Positions 17,445 to 24,687 of a DNA stretch of 32,000 nucleotides are shown here, in pieces. Position numbers and translations under genes: made by a program. The stretch is taken from the NCBI RefSeq assembly GCF_000307735.3, contig NZ_AMPR02000135.1:6345-38344 (forward strand). The letters are read 5' to 3'. The notes beneath the pieces were generated by a model, which was not told where the DNA came from, searched no databases, and saw only the letters and a list, made by a program, of their open reading frames with translations. Source of the stretch: Cupriavidus sp. HPC(L) (GTDB lineage: Bacteria; Pseudomonadota; Gammaproteobacteria; Burkholderiales; Burkholderiaceae). Each line of letters begins with the position of its first letter. Within the stretch, counting starts at the first letter, position 1.

Positions 17445-17585
17445 CGGCCCTCTCCCCCGGCCCCTCTCCCGCCAGCGGGAGAGGGGAGCCAACCACCGGC
17501 ATTCCGGTCAACCATAGTGACTCGCCTCTCGCTGCGCAATCTCCCTCTCCCGCTTGCGGAAGAGGGTCGGGGAGAGGGCAGGGCG
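17445..17585. repeat. Pair of CCCTCTCCCGC...GCGGGAGAGGG REP-type hairpins
   Basis: Hairpin 17461-17486 is cccctctcccgccagcgggagagggg. Hairpin 17543-17566 is ccctctcccgcttgcggaagaggg, followed by tcggggagagggcagggc. They sit in a convergent intergenic region and probably act as a bidirectional terminator. Confidence 0.7.
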
Positions 17586-17604
17586 GATCCACCCCTCCGG
17601 GCCG

Positions 17605-18843
17605 TCAGCGCCCCGAGGGAACCTCCGAAGGCGATACCGGATCGGCCTCGAAATCCATCGTATCCATATCGACATCGGACGCCACCGGCTTGCCGAACAG
17701 CTTTAGCCAGGCAAAGCCCAGCACACCCGCGCTCAGCGATGCCAGCAGGATCGCCATCTTCGATGCATTGATCACGGCCGGCGCATCGGTAAAGGCCAGG
17801 TTGGTGATGAAGATCGACATCGTGAAGCCGATGCCGCCGAGCAGGCCCGCGCCAAGGACATGCCGCCAACGCAGGTCGAGCGGCAGCTTGCAGAGACCGA
17901 TGGCGACCGCGACGAAGCTGACGAGCGTGATGCCCAGCGGTTTGCCGACCACCAGCCCGGCCAGGATGCCAAGGCTGTTCGACGAGGCCAGCTCCTGCGC
18001 CCAGTCGCTGCCGATGACGATGCCGGTATTGGCCAGTGCGAAGATCGGCAGGATCACGAAGGCGACCGGCCGGTGCAGGAAGTGCTCGAGCCGATGCGAC
18101 GGCGAAGCAGCGTCGTCCTGCCTGGCGGAGAAGGGGATCGCGAAAGCCAGCAGCACGCCGGCAATCGTCGCGTGCACGCCGGACTTCAGCATCAGGAACC
18201 ACATCAGCACGCCGCCCAGCAGGTAGGGGATCAGCGACATCACGCGCAGCACGCGGTTCATCACCAGCAGCGCGGCGAATACCGCGAGCGCGCCGGCCAG
18301 ATAGACGAACGCCAGTTCGGCCGTGTAGAACAGCGCGATCACGATGATGGCGCCGAGGTCGTCCATCACGGCAAGCGCGGTCAGGAAGACCTTCAGCGAG
18401 GCCGGCACGCGGCTGCCAAGCAGCGCCAGCACGCCGAGCGCGAACGCGATGTCGGTCGCCATCGGAATGCCGATGCCGGCCTGCGTCGGCGTGCCGCCGT
18501 TGAATCCGAAGTGGATCAGTGCGGGAACCGCTATGCCGCCGGCCGCCGCGACGATGGGCAGCAGGGCATTCCGGAGGCTGGACAGTTCGCCGTTGTACAG
18601 CTCGCGTTCGAGTTCGAGGCCAATCAGCAGGAAGAAAATGGCCATCAGCGCATCATTGATCCAGTGCTCGACGCTGAGGCCCGCGACTTTCACATGCCAC
18701 AGGTGGAGGTACTGATCGCCGACCGGCGAATTGGCCAGTATCAGCGAAACGACGGTGCAGGCGATCAGCAGGATGCCGCCCGCCTTCTCGGACTCGAAAA
18801 AGCGCTGGAACGTATTGGAGAGTCGTCTTTGTACGATTGCCAT
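17605..18843 (-). CDS. nhaA: Na+/H+ antiporter NhaA
   Basis: 412 aa and multi-TM. Features are FFESEKAGGILL, WINDALMAIFFLLIGLELKRE-like (..GLELEREL) and TALAVMDDLGAIIVIALFY. Confidence 0.9.
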   Translation of the reverse strand: MAIVQRRLSNTFQRFFESEKAGGILLIACTVVSLILANSPVGDQYLHLWHVKVAGLSVEHWINDALMAIFFLLIGLELERELYNGELSSLRNALLPIVAAAGGIAVPALIHFGFNGGTPTQAGIGIPMATDIAFALGVLALLGSRVPASLKVFLTALAVMDDLGAIIVIALFYTAELAFVYLAGALAVFAALLVMNRVLRVMSLIPYLLGGVLMWFLMLKSGVHATIAGVLLAFAIPFSARQDDAASPSHRLEHFLHRPVAFVILPIFALANTGIVIGSDWAQELASSNSLGILAGLVVGKPLGITLVSFVAVAIGLCKLPLDLRWRHVLGAGLLGGIGFTMSIFITNLAFTDAPAVINASKMAILLASLSAGVLGFAWLKLFGKPVASDVDMDTMDFEADPVSPSEVPSGR

Positions 18844-19050
18844 GGGACCTCTCTTGGGGAGCTATACCGGGATGGAAGCGAATGGAAATGCGCGCGCGCA
18901 GGCGCCGCGGCTTCCGTTGCCGGGAGGCGCGGAAGGGGGCGTTGCGTGACAGCGCGTGGGAGCGGAGAGTCGACCAGGGGAATGGTCTGGATGAGGGTGG
19001 TGCATGCATCGGTCGCGGAAAAGCCGCGTGGCGGCCCGACCGACGCAAAT

Positions 19051-19107
19051 CCTGCCACCCCGTGGGGTGAGCACCCGGGCCGAAGTATACCGGAACGGGG
19101 TGGCAGG
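19051..19107 (-). terminator. Long hairpin just downstream of the DMT gene; possible terminator
   Basis: A perfect 12-bp inverted repeat, cctgccaccccg / cggggtggcagg, flanks 33 nt. On the minus strand it is followed by ATTTGCG, a weak U tract. Confidence 0.4.
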
Positions 19108-19122
19108 AGGGCGGAGACGTCG

Positions 19123-20025
19123 TTAAGCGGATCCGCTCTTGGCGGCGGCGCCGTGCTTGCGCGCAAGCGGCAGCCGCCATCCCAGCGTCATGCCGGCGGC
19201 CGCGATCAGGATCGCCGCGGCACCGGTCCATTGCGCCCAATCGAGGCGCAGGCCGAAGGCCACCATATCGACGACGATCGCGACCACGGGATAGACGAAC
19301 GACAGCGCCGCCGTCATCGCGGTCGACAGCTTCTGGATCGCGCCATACAGCAGGATGTAGACCAGCCCGGTATGGACCACGCCGATCGTCACCAGCATCG
19401 GCCACGACCCGTCGTAGGCCGCCAGGTCCGACAAATTGGCGAACGGGGCCAGCATCGCCATGCCGACGCAGGCCTGGATCAGCGCGATCAGATGCGGCGG
19501 CACGCCCGACAACCGCTTGGTGATGATGGCCGCGACCGCATAGAAGAACGCGGCACCCAGCGCCAGCGCGATACCGCCCAGATAGTCGGTGGCGCCATGG
19601 CCGTGATCGGGCTTTGCCTGCACGATCATCAGCACGCCGGTGAAGGCGATCAGCAGCCAGGCCAGCTTGGTCAGCGTGATGCGTTCGGAAAACAGCAGCG
19701 CGCCCAATGCCACCAGCATGAACGGCTGCGTGTTGTAGACCGCCGTCGCGATCGAAATCGAGGCGCGCGGATAGGCCGCAAACAGCAGCAGCCAGTTCAT
19801 CACGATCGCGACGCCGCCCAGTGCCGCCAGGCCCAGCGTGCGCCAGGTCAGCTGCCGCAGCATGCCCAGCGCGGCGCAGACCGCCAGCAGCGTCAGCGCG
19901 CCGAACAGGCAGCGCCAGAACACGACGTCGCGGATCGGCTGTCCGGACTCGACCACGAACCAGCCGATGGTGCCGGACAACACCATCGAGGCCGTCATTT
20001 CGGCAGTGCCGCGTAGGGAATTCAC
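19123..20025 (-). CDS. DMT-superfamily (EamA-like) transporter
   Basis: 300 aa with about 10 TM helices and the two-repeat EamA architecture. It is divergent from an Lrp regulator. Confidence 0.8.
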   Translation of the reverse strand: MNSLRGTAEMTASMVLSGTIGWFVVESGQPIRDVVFWRCLFGALTLLAVCAALGMLRQLTWRTLGLAALGGVAIVMNWLLLFAAYPRASISIATAVYNTQPFMLVALGALLFSERITLTKLAWLLIAFTGVLMIVQAKPDHGHGATDYLGGIALALGAAFFYAVAAIITKRLSGVPPHLIALIQACVGMAMLAPFANLSDLAAYDGSWPMLVTIGVVHTGLVYILLYGAIQKLSTAMTAALSFVYPVVAIVVDMVAFGLRLDWAQWTGAAAILIAAAGMTLGWRLPLARKHGAAAKSGSA

Positions 20026-20054
20026 CGTCTTTCTCCTGAGGGCTGAATGGTGTT

Positions 20055-20084
20055 TAGAATCGCATGACGAGGGCCGCGATTCTA
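20055..20084. promoter_or_regulatory. Perfect 9-bp inverted repeat in the eamA/lrp divergent region
   Basis: The sequence is TAGAATCGC-N12-GCGATTCTA, in an AT-richer promoter region. Confidence 0.4.
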
Positions 20085-20160
20085 TATGGTTTGTTAGGCG
20101 GGATGGCGGCAGTTCCTGTATTTCGAAGGTATATCGCCTGATCCCCTAAGGAAATAAAAA

Positions 20161-20610
20161 ATGCTCGACGATGTCGATCGGCGCATCCTCGCCGTGCTGG
20201 CGGAGGACGCCCGGATTTCACTGAAGGAGTTGGCGGCGCGGGTCGGGCTGTCTTCGCCGAGCACTTCGGAGCGGCTCAAACGCCTGGAAGAACGCAAGGT
20301 CATTCGCGCCTTCACCATCGATATCGATCCGGCCGCGCTCGGTTATCCGCTGCAGGCCATCGTTCGTATCCGCCCGCTGCCCGGCAAGCTCCATATCGTG
20401 CAAAAGCTGATTGCCGATATTCCGGAGATCGGGGAATGCGACAAGGTGACCGGCGAGGATTGCTTTATTGCGCGCCTTTATGTGCGTTCGATCGAGGAGC
20501 TCGATGGCCTGCTGGATCGCGTGGCCCAGATGGCGGAAACCAATACGTCGGTGGTCAAGGCCAAGGTGGTGCCCAAGCGCGGCGCGCCGATCGGAGAGAG
20601 CCGCGGCTAA
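20161..20610 (+). CDS. Lrp/AsnC-family transcriptional regulator
   Basis: The N-terminus is MLDDVDRRILAVLAEDARISLKELAARVGLSSPSTSERLKRLEE. A RAM/AsnC_trans_reg C-terminal domain follows. AAGGA SD is present. Confidence 0.9.
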   Translation: MLDDVDRRILAVLAEDARISLKELAARVGLSSPSTSERLKRLEERKVIRAFTIDIDPAALGYPLQAIVRIRPLPGKLHIVQKLIADIPEIGECDKVTGEDCFIARLYVRSIEELDGLLDRVAQMAETNTSVVKAKVVPKRGAPIGESRG

Positions 20611-20756
20611 TGCCCGCACGGCTTGTCCGCCCGGACTGCATGGTGGAACAAGCGCGGAAAGCCTTGCCAAACAGGCGCACGACGGTACATTGTTGGCGGA
20701 GAACAAGCCGGCGAACTCGTTCGGCAACCATCCACACCCGGAGATGGAGACAAGCG

Positions 20757-21374
20757 ATGCGTACCGTCAACGCGCAGTTCCTGTTCGATTTCGGCAGTCC
20801 CAACGCCTACCTGGCACACAAGGTCATTCCGGCCATCGAAGCGCGCACCGGCGCGACATTCGAATACGTTCCGATCCTGCTTGGCGGCCTGTTTCGGCTG
20901 ACCGGCAATCGATCGCCGATGGAGGCGTTCGCCGGTATCAAGAACAAGCCGGAATACGGGCGGCTGGAAATGCAGCGCTTTATCCGGCGGCACGGCCTGA
21001 CCGCGTTTCGAATGAATCCCCACTTTCCGGTCAATACGCTGCAGATCATGCGAGGGGCGATCGCGGCGAGCCACGATGGCAGCTTTGCGCGATATGTCGA
21101 CGCGGTCTTCGGCGCGATGTGGGAGCGCGGATTGAAGATGGACGATCCGGCCGTGATCGCGTCCGTGCTGGACGAGGCCGGGCTGGATGGGTCTCGGCTG
21201 CTGGAGGCGATCAATCAGCCGGCCGTCAAGGAAACGCTGCTCGGCAATACGCAGCGCGCATTCGAGCGTGGGGCATTCGGCGCGCCGACCTTCTTCGTCG
21301 ACGACGAGATCTTCTTCGGCAAGGACAGCCTGCGCGATGTCGAAGAGGAAATCATCCGCGTGCGCGCCGCCTGA
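20757..21374 (+). CDS. DsbA-fold 2-hydroxychromene-2-carboxylate isomerase-like protein
   Basis: 205 aa. Features are FLFDFGSPNAYL near the N-terminus and GAFGAPTFFVDDEIFFGKD near the C-terminus. Confidence 0.75.
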   Translation: MRTVNAQFLFDFGSPNAYLAHKVIPAIEARTGATFEYVPILLGGLFRLTGNRSPMEAFAGIKNKPEYGRLEMQRFIRRHGLTAFRMNPHFPVNTLQIMRGAIAASHDGSFARYVDAVFGAMWERGLKMDDPAVIASVLDEAGLDGSRLLEAINQPAVKETLLGNTQRAFERGAFGAPTFFVDDEIFFGKDSLRDVEEEIIRVRAA

Positions 21375-21415
21375 TTCGCGCCCTGCCTTTCCACCCGTTC
21401 GGAGGCTTCCTGCCC

Positions 21416-22399
21416 ATGAAAACACGCATCACTGAACTGTTCGCGATCCGCTATCCGATCATCCAGGGCGGCATGCATTTCGTCGGCCTTGCCGATCTGG
21501 CGGCGGCCGTTTCCAATGCCGGCGGCCTGGGCATCATCACTGCGCTGACGCAGCGCACGCCCGAGCTGCTGGCCAGGGAGATCGCGCGCTGCCGCGAGAT
21601 GACGGACCAGCCGTTCGGCGTCAACCTGACCTTCCTGCCGACGTTCTCCGAGCCGCCCTACGCGGAATACATCGCCGCCATCGCCGAAGGGGGCGTGCGT
21701 ATCGTCGAGACCGCGGGCCGCAGTCCCGAACAGTACATGCCGGCGTTGAAGGCGGCCGGCATCAAGGTGATTCACAAATGCACGTCGGTGCGCCACGCGC
21801 TGAAGGCCGAGAAGATCGGCTGCGATGCGGCCAGCGTCGACGGCTTCGAATGCGGCGGCCATCCGGGCGAGGACGACGTGCCCAACATGATCCTGCTGCC
21901 GCGGGCCGCCGAAACGCTGAAGATTCCGTTCGTCGCGTCCGGGGGCATGGCGGACGGCCGCAGCCTGGTGGCCGCGCTGGCGCTGGGCGCGGACGGCATC
22001 AATATGGGTACCCGCTTCCTGGCCACCGAGGAAGCGCCGGTGCATGCGAATGTCAAGCAGGCGATCGTCGAGGCCAGCGAGCTGGACACGCGGCTGATCA
22101 TGCGGGCGCTGCGCAATACCGAGCGGGTGCTGAACAATGGCGGCGTCGAGCGGCTGCTGCAGATCGAGCGCGAGAAGGGCGCCGACCTGAAGATCGCGGA
22201 TATCTACGATCAGGTCGCCGGCATCTATCCCAAGGTGATGGTGGAGGGCGATGTCGAGGCGGGGGCCTGGAGCTGCGGCATGGTCGCCGGCCTGATCCAC
22301 GACATTCCGAGCGTCAAGACGCTGATCGACCGGATCGTCATGGAGGCCGAGCAGTTGACGTTCCAGCGGCTGGCCGGGATGTTCGACGCGCGGCGCTGA
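21416..22399 (+). CDS. Nitronate monooxygenase (NMO / 2-nitropropane dioxygenase family, FMN)
   Basis: GGAGG lies upstream. Features are ITELFAIRYPIIQGGMHFV, AAVSNAGGLGIIT, GFECGGHPGE and ASGGMADGRS. Confidence 0.85.
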   Translation: MKTRITELFAIRYPIIQGGMHFVGLADLAAAVSNAGGLGIITALTQRTPELLAREIARCREMTDQPFGVNLTFLPTFSEPPYAEYIAAIAEGGVRIVETAGRSPEQYMPALKAAGIKVIHKCTSVRHALKAEKIGCDAASVDGFECGGHPGEDDVPNMILLPRAAETLKIPFVASGGMADGRSLVAALALGADGINMGTRFLATEEAPVHANVKQAIVEASELDTRLIMRALRNTERVLNNGGVERLLQIEREKGADLKIADIYDQVAGIYPKVMVEGDVEAGAWSCGMVAGLIHDIPSVKTLIDRIVMEAEQLTFQRLAGMFDARR

Positions 22400-22406
22400 G
22401 GGGCAA

Positions 22407-22437
22407 TGCATGGGCGAGGCACGGTGCCTCGTCCATG
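22407..22437. terminator. 14-bp-stem hairpin between convergent genes
   Basis: The stem is gcatgggcgaggca-cgg-tgcctcgtccatgc with one G-U pair. There is no T tract. Confidence 0.35.
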
Positions 22438-22450
22438 CGGGAAGCTGGAA

Positions 22451-22485
22451 AGCCGGTAGCCGGTAGCCGGAAGCGGGAAGCCCGA
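22451..22485. repeat. Degenerate heptamer microsatellite
   Basis: The five units are agccggt agccggt agccgga agcggga agcccga. Confidence 0.6.
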
Positions 22486-22522
22486 CACCCTGAGTAGGGG
22501 CCGAGGCCCCCCGGCAGCCCGA

Positions 22523-23251
22523 TCACCAGGCCTCGATCCACGGCCGCAGATCGAGCTCATGCGTCCACGCGTCGCGCGGCTGCTGGTGCAGCATCCAGTA
22601 GGCGTCGGCGATGTGCTCGGGATTCAGGATGCCGTCGCGATCCTTCAGCGCATAGCGCTCGGGGAAGTTCTCGCGGATAAAGGCGGTGTCGATGGCGCCG
22701 TCGATGATCGGGTGGGCCACGTGGATGCCCTGTGGCCCCAGCTCCTTCGCCATCGATTGCGCCAGCGCGCGCAGGCCGTGCTTGGCCCCGGCAAACGCCG
22801 AGAATCCGGCGCGGCCGCGCATGCTGGCGGTCGCTCCCGTAAAGAAGATCGAACCGCGGCCGCGCGGCACCATCACGCGGGCCGTCTCGCGTCCCATCAG
22901 GAAGCCCGCGAAGCAGGCCATCTCCCAGACCTTGAAGTAGACGCGGGCCGTCGTGTCCAGCACGTCGAAGCGGACGTTCGCGCCGATGTTGAACACCGCC
23001 ACCTCGATCGGCGCGATGTCGGCCTCGATCCGCTGGACCAGGCTCGTCATTTCCTCTTCCTTGCGCGCGTCCGAGCCGAAAGCATGCGCGATGCCGCCCT
23101 CGGCTTCGATCTGCTGAACCAGCGGCGCCAGCTTGTCGGCATGGCGCCGGGTCACGCAGGCGATATAGCCCTCGCGGGCGAAGCGCCGCGCAATGGCACC
23201 GCCGGTCGCATCGCCGGCACCGATGACAAGGATGGCCTTCTTTTGGGTCAT
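22523..23251 (-). CDS. SDR-family oxidoreductase (FxxxK variant)
   Basis: The start MTQKKAILVIGAGDATGGAIARRF has GGAGACACC directly upstream of the ATG, so I prefer it to ORF start 23560. At the usual YxxxK position the sequence reads SAFAGAKHG. Confidence 0.85.
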   Translation of the reverse strand: MTQKKAILVIGAGDATGGAIARRFAREGYIACVTRRHADKLAPLVQQIEAEGGIAHAFGSDARKEEEMTSLVQRIEADIAPIEVAVFNIGANVRFDVLDTTARVYFKVWEMACFAGFLMGRETARVMVPRGRGSIFFTGATASMRGRAGFSAFAGAKHGLRALAQSMAKELGPQGIHVAHPIIDGAIDTAFIRENFPERYALKDRDGILNPEHIADAYWMLHQQPRDAWTHELDLRPWIEAW

Positions 23252-23517
23252 GGTGTCTCCTTCGGGGCGGCCTGGCACCGCCGGCCATTCCGGCGGCAAG
23301 CCGATCGAGTTGTGTTTGCAACGCCGGATAGTGTCCGCGATTTTGCCGAAGACTGCTGGCGGCCAGGTCGGCCTGATGGGCCACGGCGCACCCATCGCTA
23401 AGACGATTCTCAATGTCGGCCGACGGCGACATGAAACGCAAAATGCGTGTCCTTCTGTGAAGCATCGAAAGCCCGCGCGCAGGATGCTGTCGGCCTCGAC
23501 ACTCCTCGGTTCCAACC

Positions 23518-24507
23518 ATGGTTCAAATCGAAGACGCCAGCTACAAGCAGCTGTATTCATCGCCCGCGATGGTCCGCAATCTTGTCTCGGGCTTTATCCC
23601 CGACGGATGGTTACAGGGGCTGGATTTCAGCACGCTGGAATGCGTCCCTGGCCACTATGTCTCCGACGATCTGCGGCAGCGGGCCAACGATATGGTGTGG
23701 CGGGTCCGCGCCGATGACGAATGGCTGTATCTCTATTTGATGATGGAGTTTCAGAGCACAGTCGATCACGGCATGCCGGTGCGCATCATGTCCTATCTGG
23801 GACTGCTCTATCAAAGCCTGATCCGCAAGGAGTACGTCAAGCCCCGACGAGGCATCCCGCCGGTGCTGCCCATCGTCCTGTACAACGGTGAAGGGCCATG
23901 GGATGCACCCACCGATATCGCGGCGATGCTGCCGGACGTGCCCGGACTTGTCGGTGAGTACCTGCCCAAGCTTAAATATCTGTTGTTGGACAGCGGACGC
24001 ATCGGCAAGGAACAGCTGCGCGCGATGCGCAATCCGGTTGCCGTGCTGATGCAGCTGGAAGAGGCGGAAACCCAGCAGGAGGTCGGCGAGTTGATCGACA
24101 AGCTTGCGGACATCGTCAAAGGCGACGAAGGACTGAAGCGAATCTTCCTCAATGTGTTGCCGGGACTGATCGGCAGGCGCAGCGGAAACACCTTGGACGT
24201 ACCGGTGGTCAATGATCTTGTGGAGATGAAGATGAAGCTAAGTCAGAGTTTCAAGGTGTGGGCGCATGAGTACATTCAACAAGGACGAATCGAGGGGGAG
24301 CAGAAGGGGCGAGCGGACGCCGCGACGGCGTACCTCCAACGGCAGCTGACTGCCCGCTTCGGAGCCTTGCCCGAATATGCCGTGACCAAGATTGAGGGCG
24401 CAACCGAAAAGGAACTCGAGCGATGGGCGCTGCGCCTGCTTCGCGCGGAGACGCTGGACGACGTGTTCAAGGATCCGCTGGCAGACGACACGCCAGGCAC
24501 TCACTGA
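23518..24507 (+). CDS. Rpn-family recombination-promoting nuclease / putative transposase (PD-(D/E)XK, YhgA-like) with a DUF4351-like tail
   Basis: 329 aa. Motifs are D..WRV.....W.YLYLMMEFQS and MP.R...Y...LY. The C-terminal helical tail is ..RQLTARFGALPEYAVTKIEGATEKELERWALRLLRAETLDDVF. Its GC content is lower than that of its neighbours. Confidence 0.8.
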   Translation: MVQIEDASYKQLYSSPAMVRNLVSGFIPDGWLQGLDFSTLECVPGHYVSDDLRQRANDMVWRVRADDEWLYLYLMMEFQSTVDHGMPVRIMSYLGLLYQSLIRKEYVKPRRGIPPVLPIVLYNGEGPWDAPTDIAAMLPDVPGLVGEYLPKLKYLLLDSGRIGKEQLRAMRNPVAVLMQLEEAETQQEVGELIDKLADIVKGDEGLKRIFLNVLPGLIGRRSGNTLDVPVVNDLVEMKMKLSQSFKVWAHEYIQQGRIEGEQKGRADAATAYLQRQLTARFGALPEYAVTKIEGATEKELERWALRLLRAETLDDVFKDPLADDTPGTH

Positions 24508-24523
24508 GGCCAACACCGACGTC

Positions 24524-24604
24524 GCGGAAGAATTGATGGGCTGGGCATTGCGAGCGGTCCATGCAAAATCGCTTGCTGAAGTCTTCGAAGACACGCCCAG
24601 ATAA
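24524..24604 (+). pseudogene. Out-of-frame relic resembling a second Rpn C-terminal tail
   Basis: It translates to AEELMGWALRAVHAKSLAEVFEDTPR*. The Rpn tail EKELERWALRLLRAETLDDVFKD matches it at 12/23 identities by my alignment. The relic is in a different frame from the rpn gene and starts 17 nt after its stop. Confidence 0.45.
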
Positions 24605-24632
24605 CCTGTGAGCTTCACCCCCGCCGCATGAG

Positions 24633-24673
24633 ATTGGCGCCGTCGTGCACCTGACCTGAACGACGGCGCCAAT
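24633..24673. terminator. Perfect 14-bp inverted repeat between convergent rpn and Bug genes
   Basis: The sequence is attggcgccgtcgt-N13-acgacggcgccaat. Confidence 0.5.
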
Positions 24674-24687
24674 AACCTCACCGCATA

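Noticed and set aside
18844-19122. A possible cation-responsive riboswitch (nhaA-I/II-type) in the 279-bp region upstream of nhaA
   Set aside because: The region contains GC-rich hairpins, but these are expected by chance at this GC content. The strongest hairpin (19051-19107) is better explained as the terminator of the upstream DMT gene. A plausible promoter (TTTCCA..TATAGC) lies only about 30-55 nt from the ATG, which leaves a short leader. I cannot match the Rfam consensus from memory. An Infernal/cmscan search with the nhaA-I and nhaA-II models would settle this.
17860-20016. A 718-aa plus-strand ORF over nhaA and the DMT transporter
   Set aside because: It is antisense to two clear membrane-protein genes. 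Its composition is extremely Arg/Asp/Gln/His-rich and it has no motif.
24392-24604. The 70-aa plus-strand ORF overlapping the rpn 3' end considered as an independent gene
   Set aside because: It has no SD, and its first two-thirds overlap rpn out of frame. Only its last ~27 codons look protein-like, and I report those as a relic (pseudogene fragment) instead.
23252-24687. Defined mobile element (IS/transposon) boundaries around the rpn gene
   Set aside because: I looked for terminal inverted repeats or flanking direct repeats and found none. I saw only the internal terminator hairpin and a short ataacct recurrence, both on the right side. I therefore report it only as a compositional islet.
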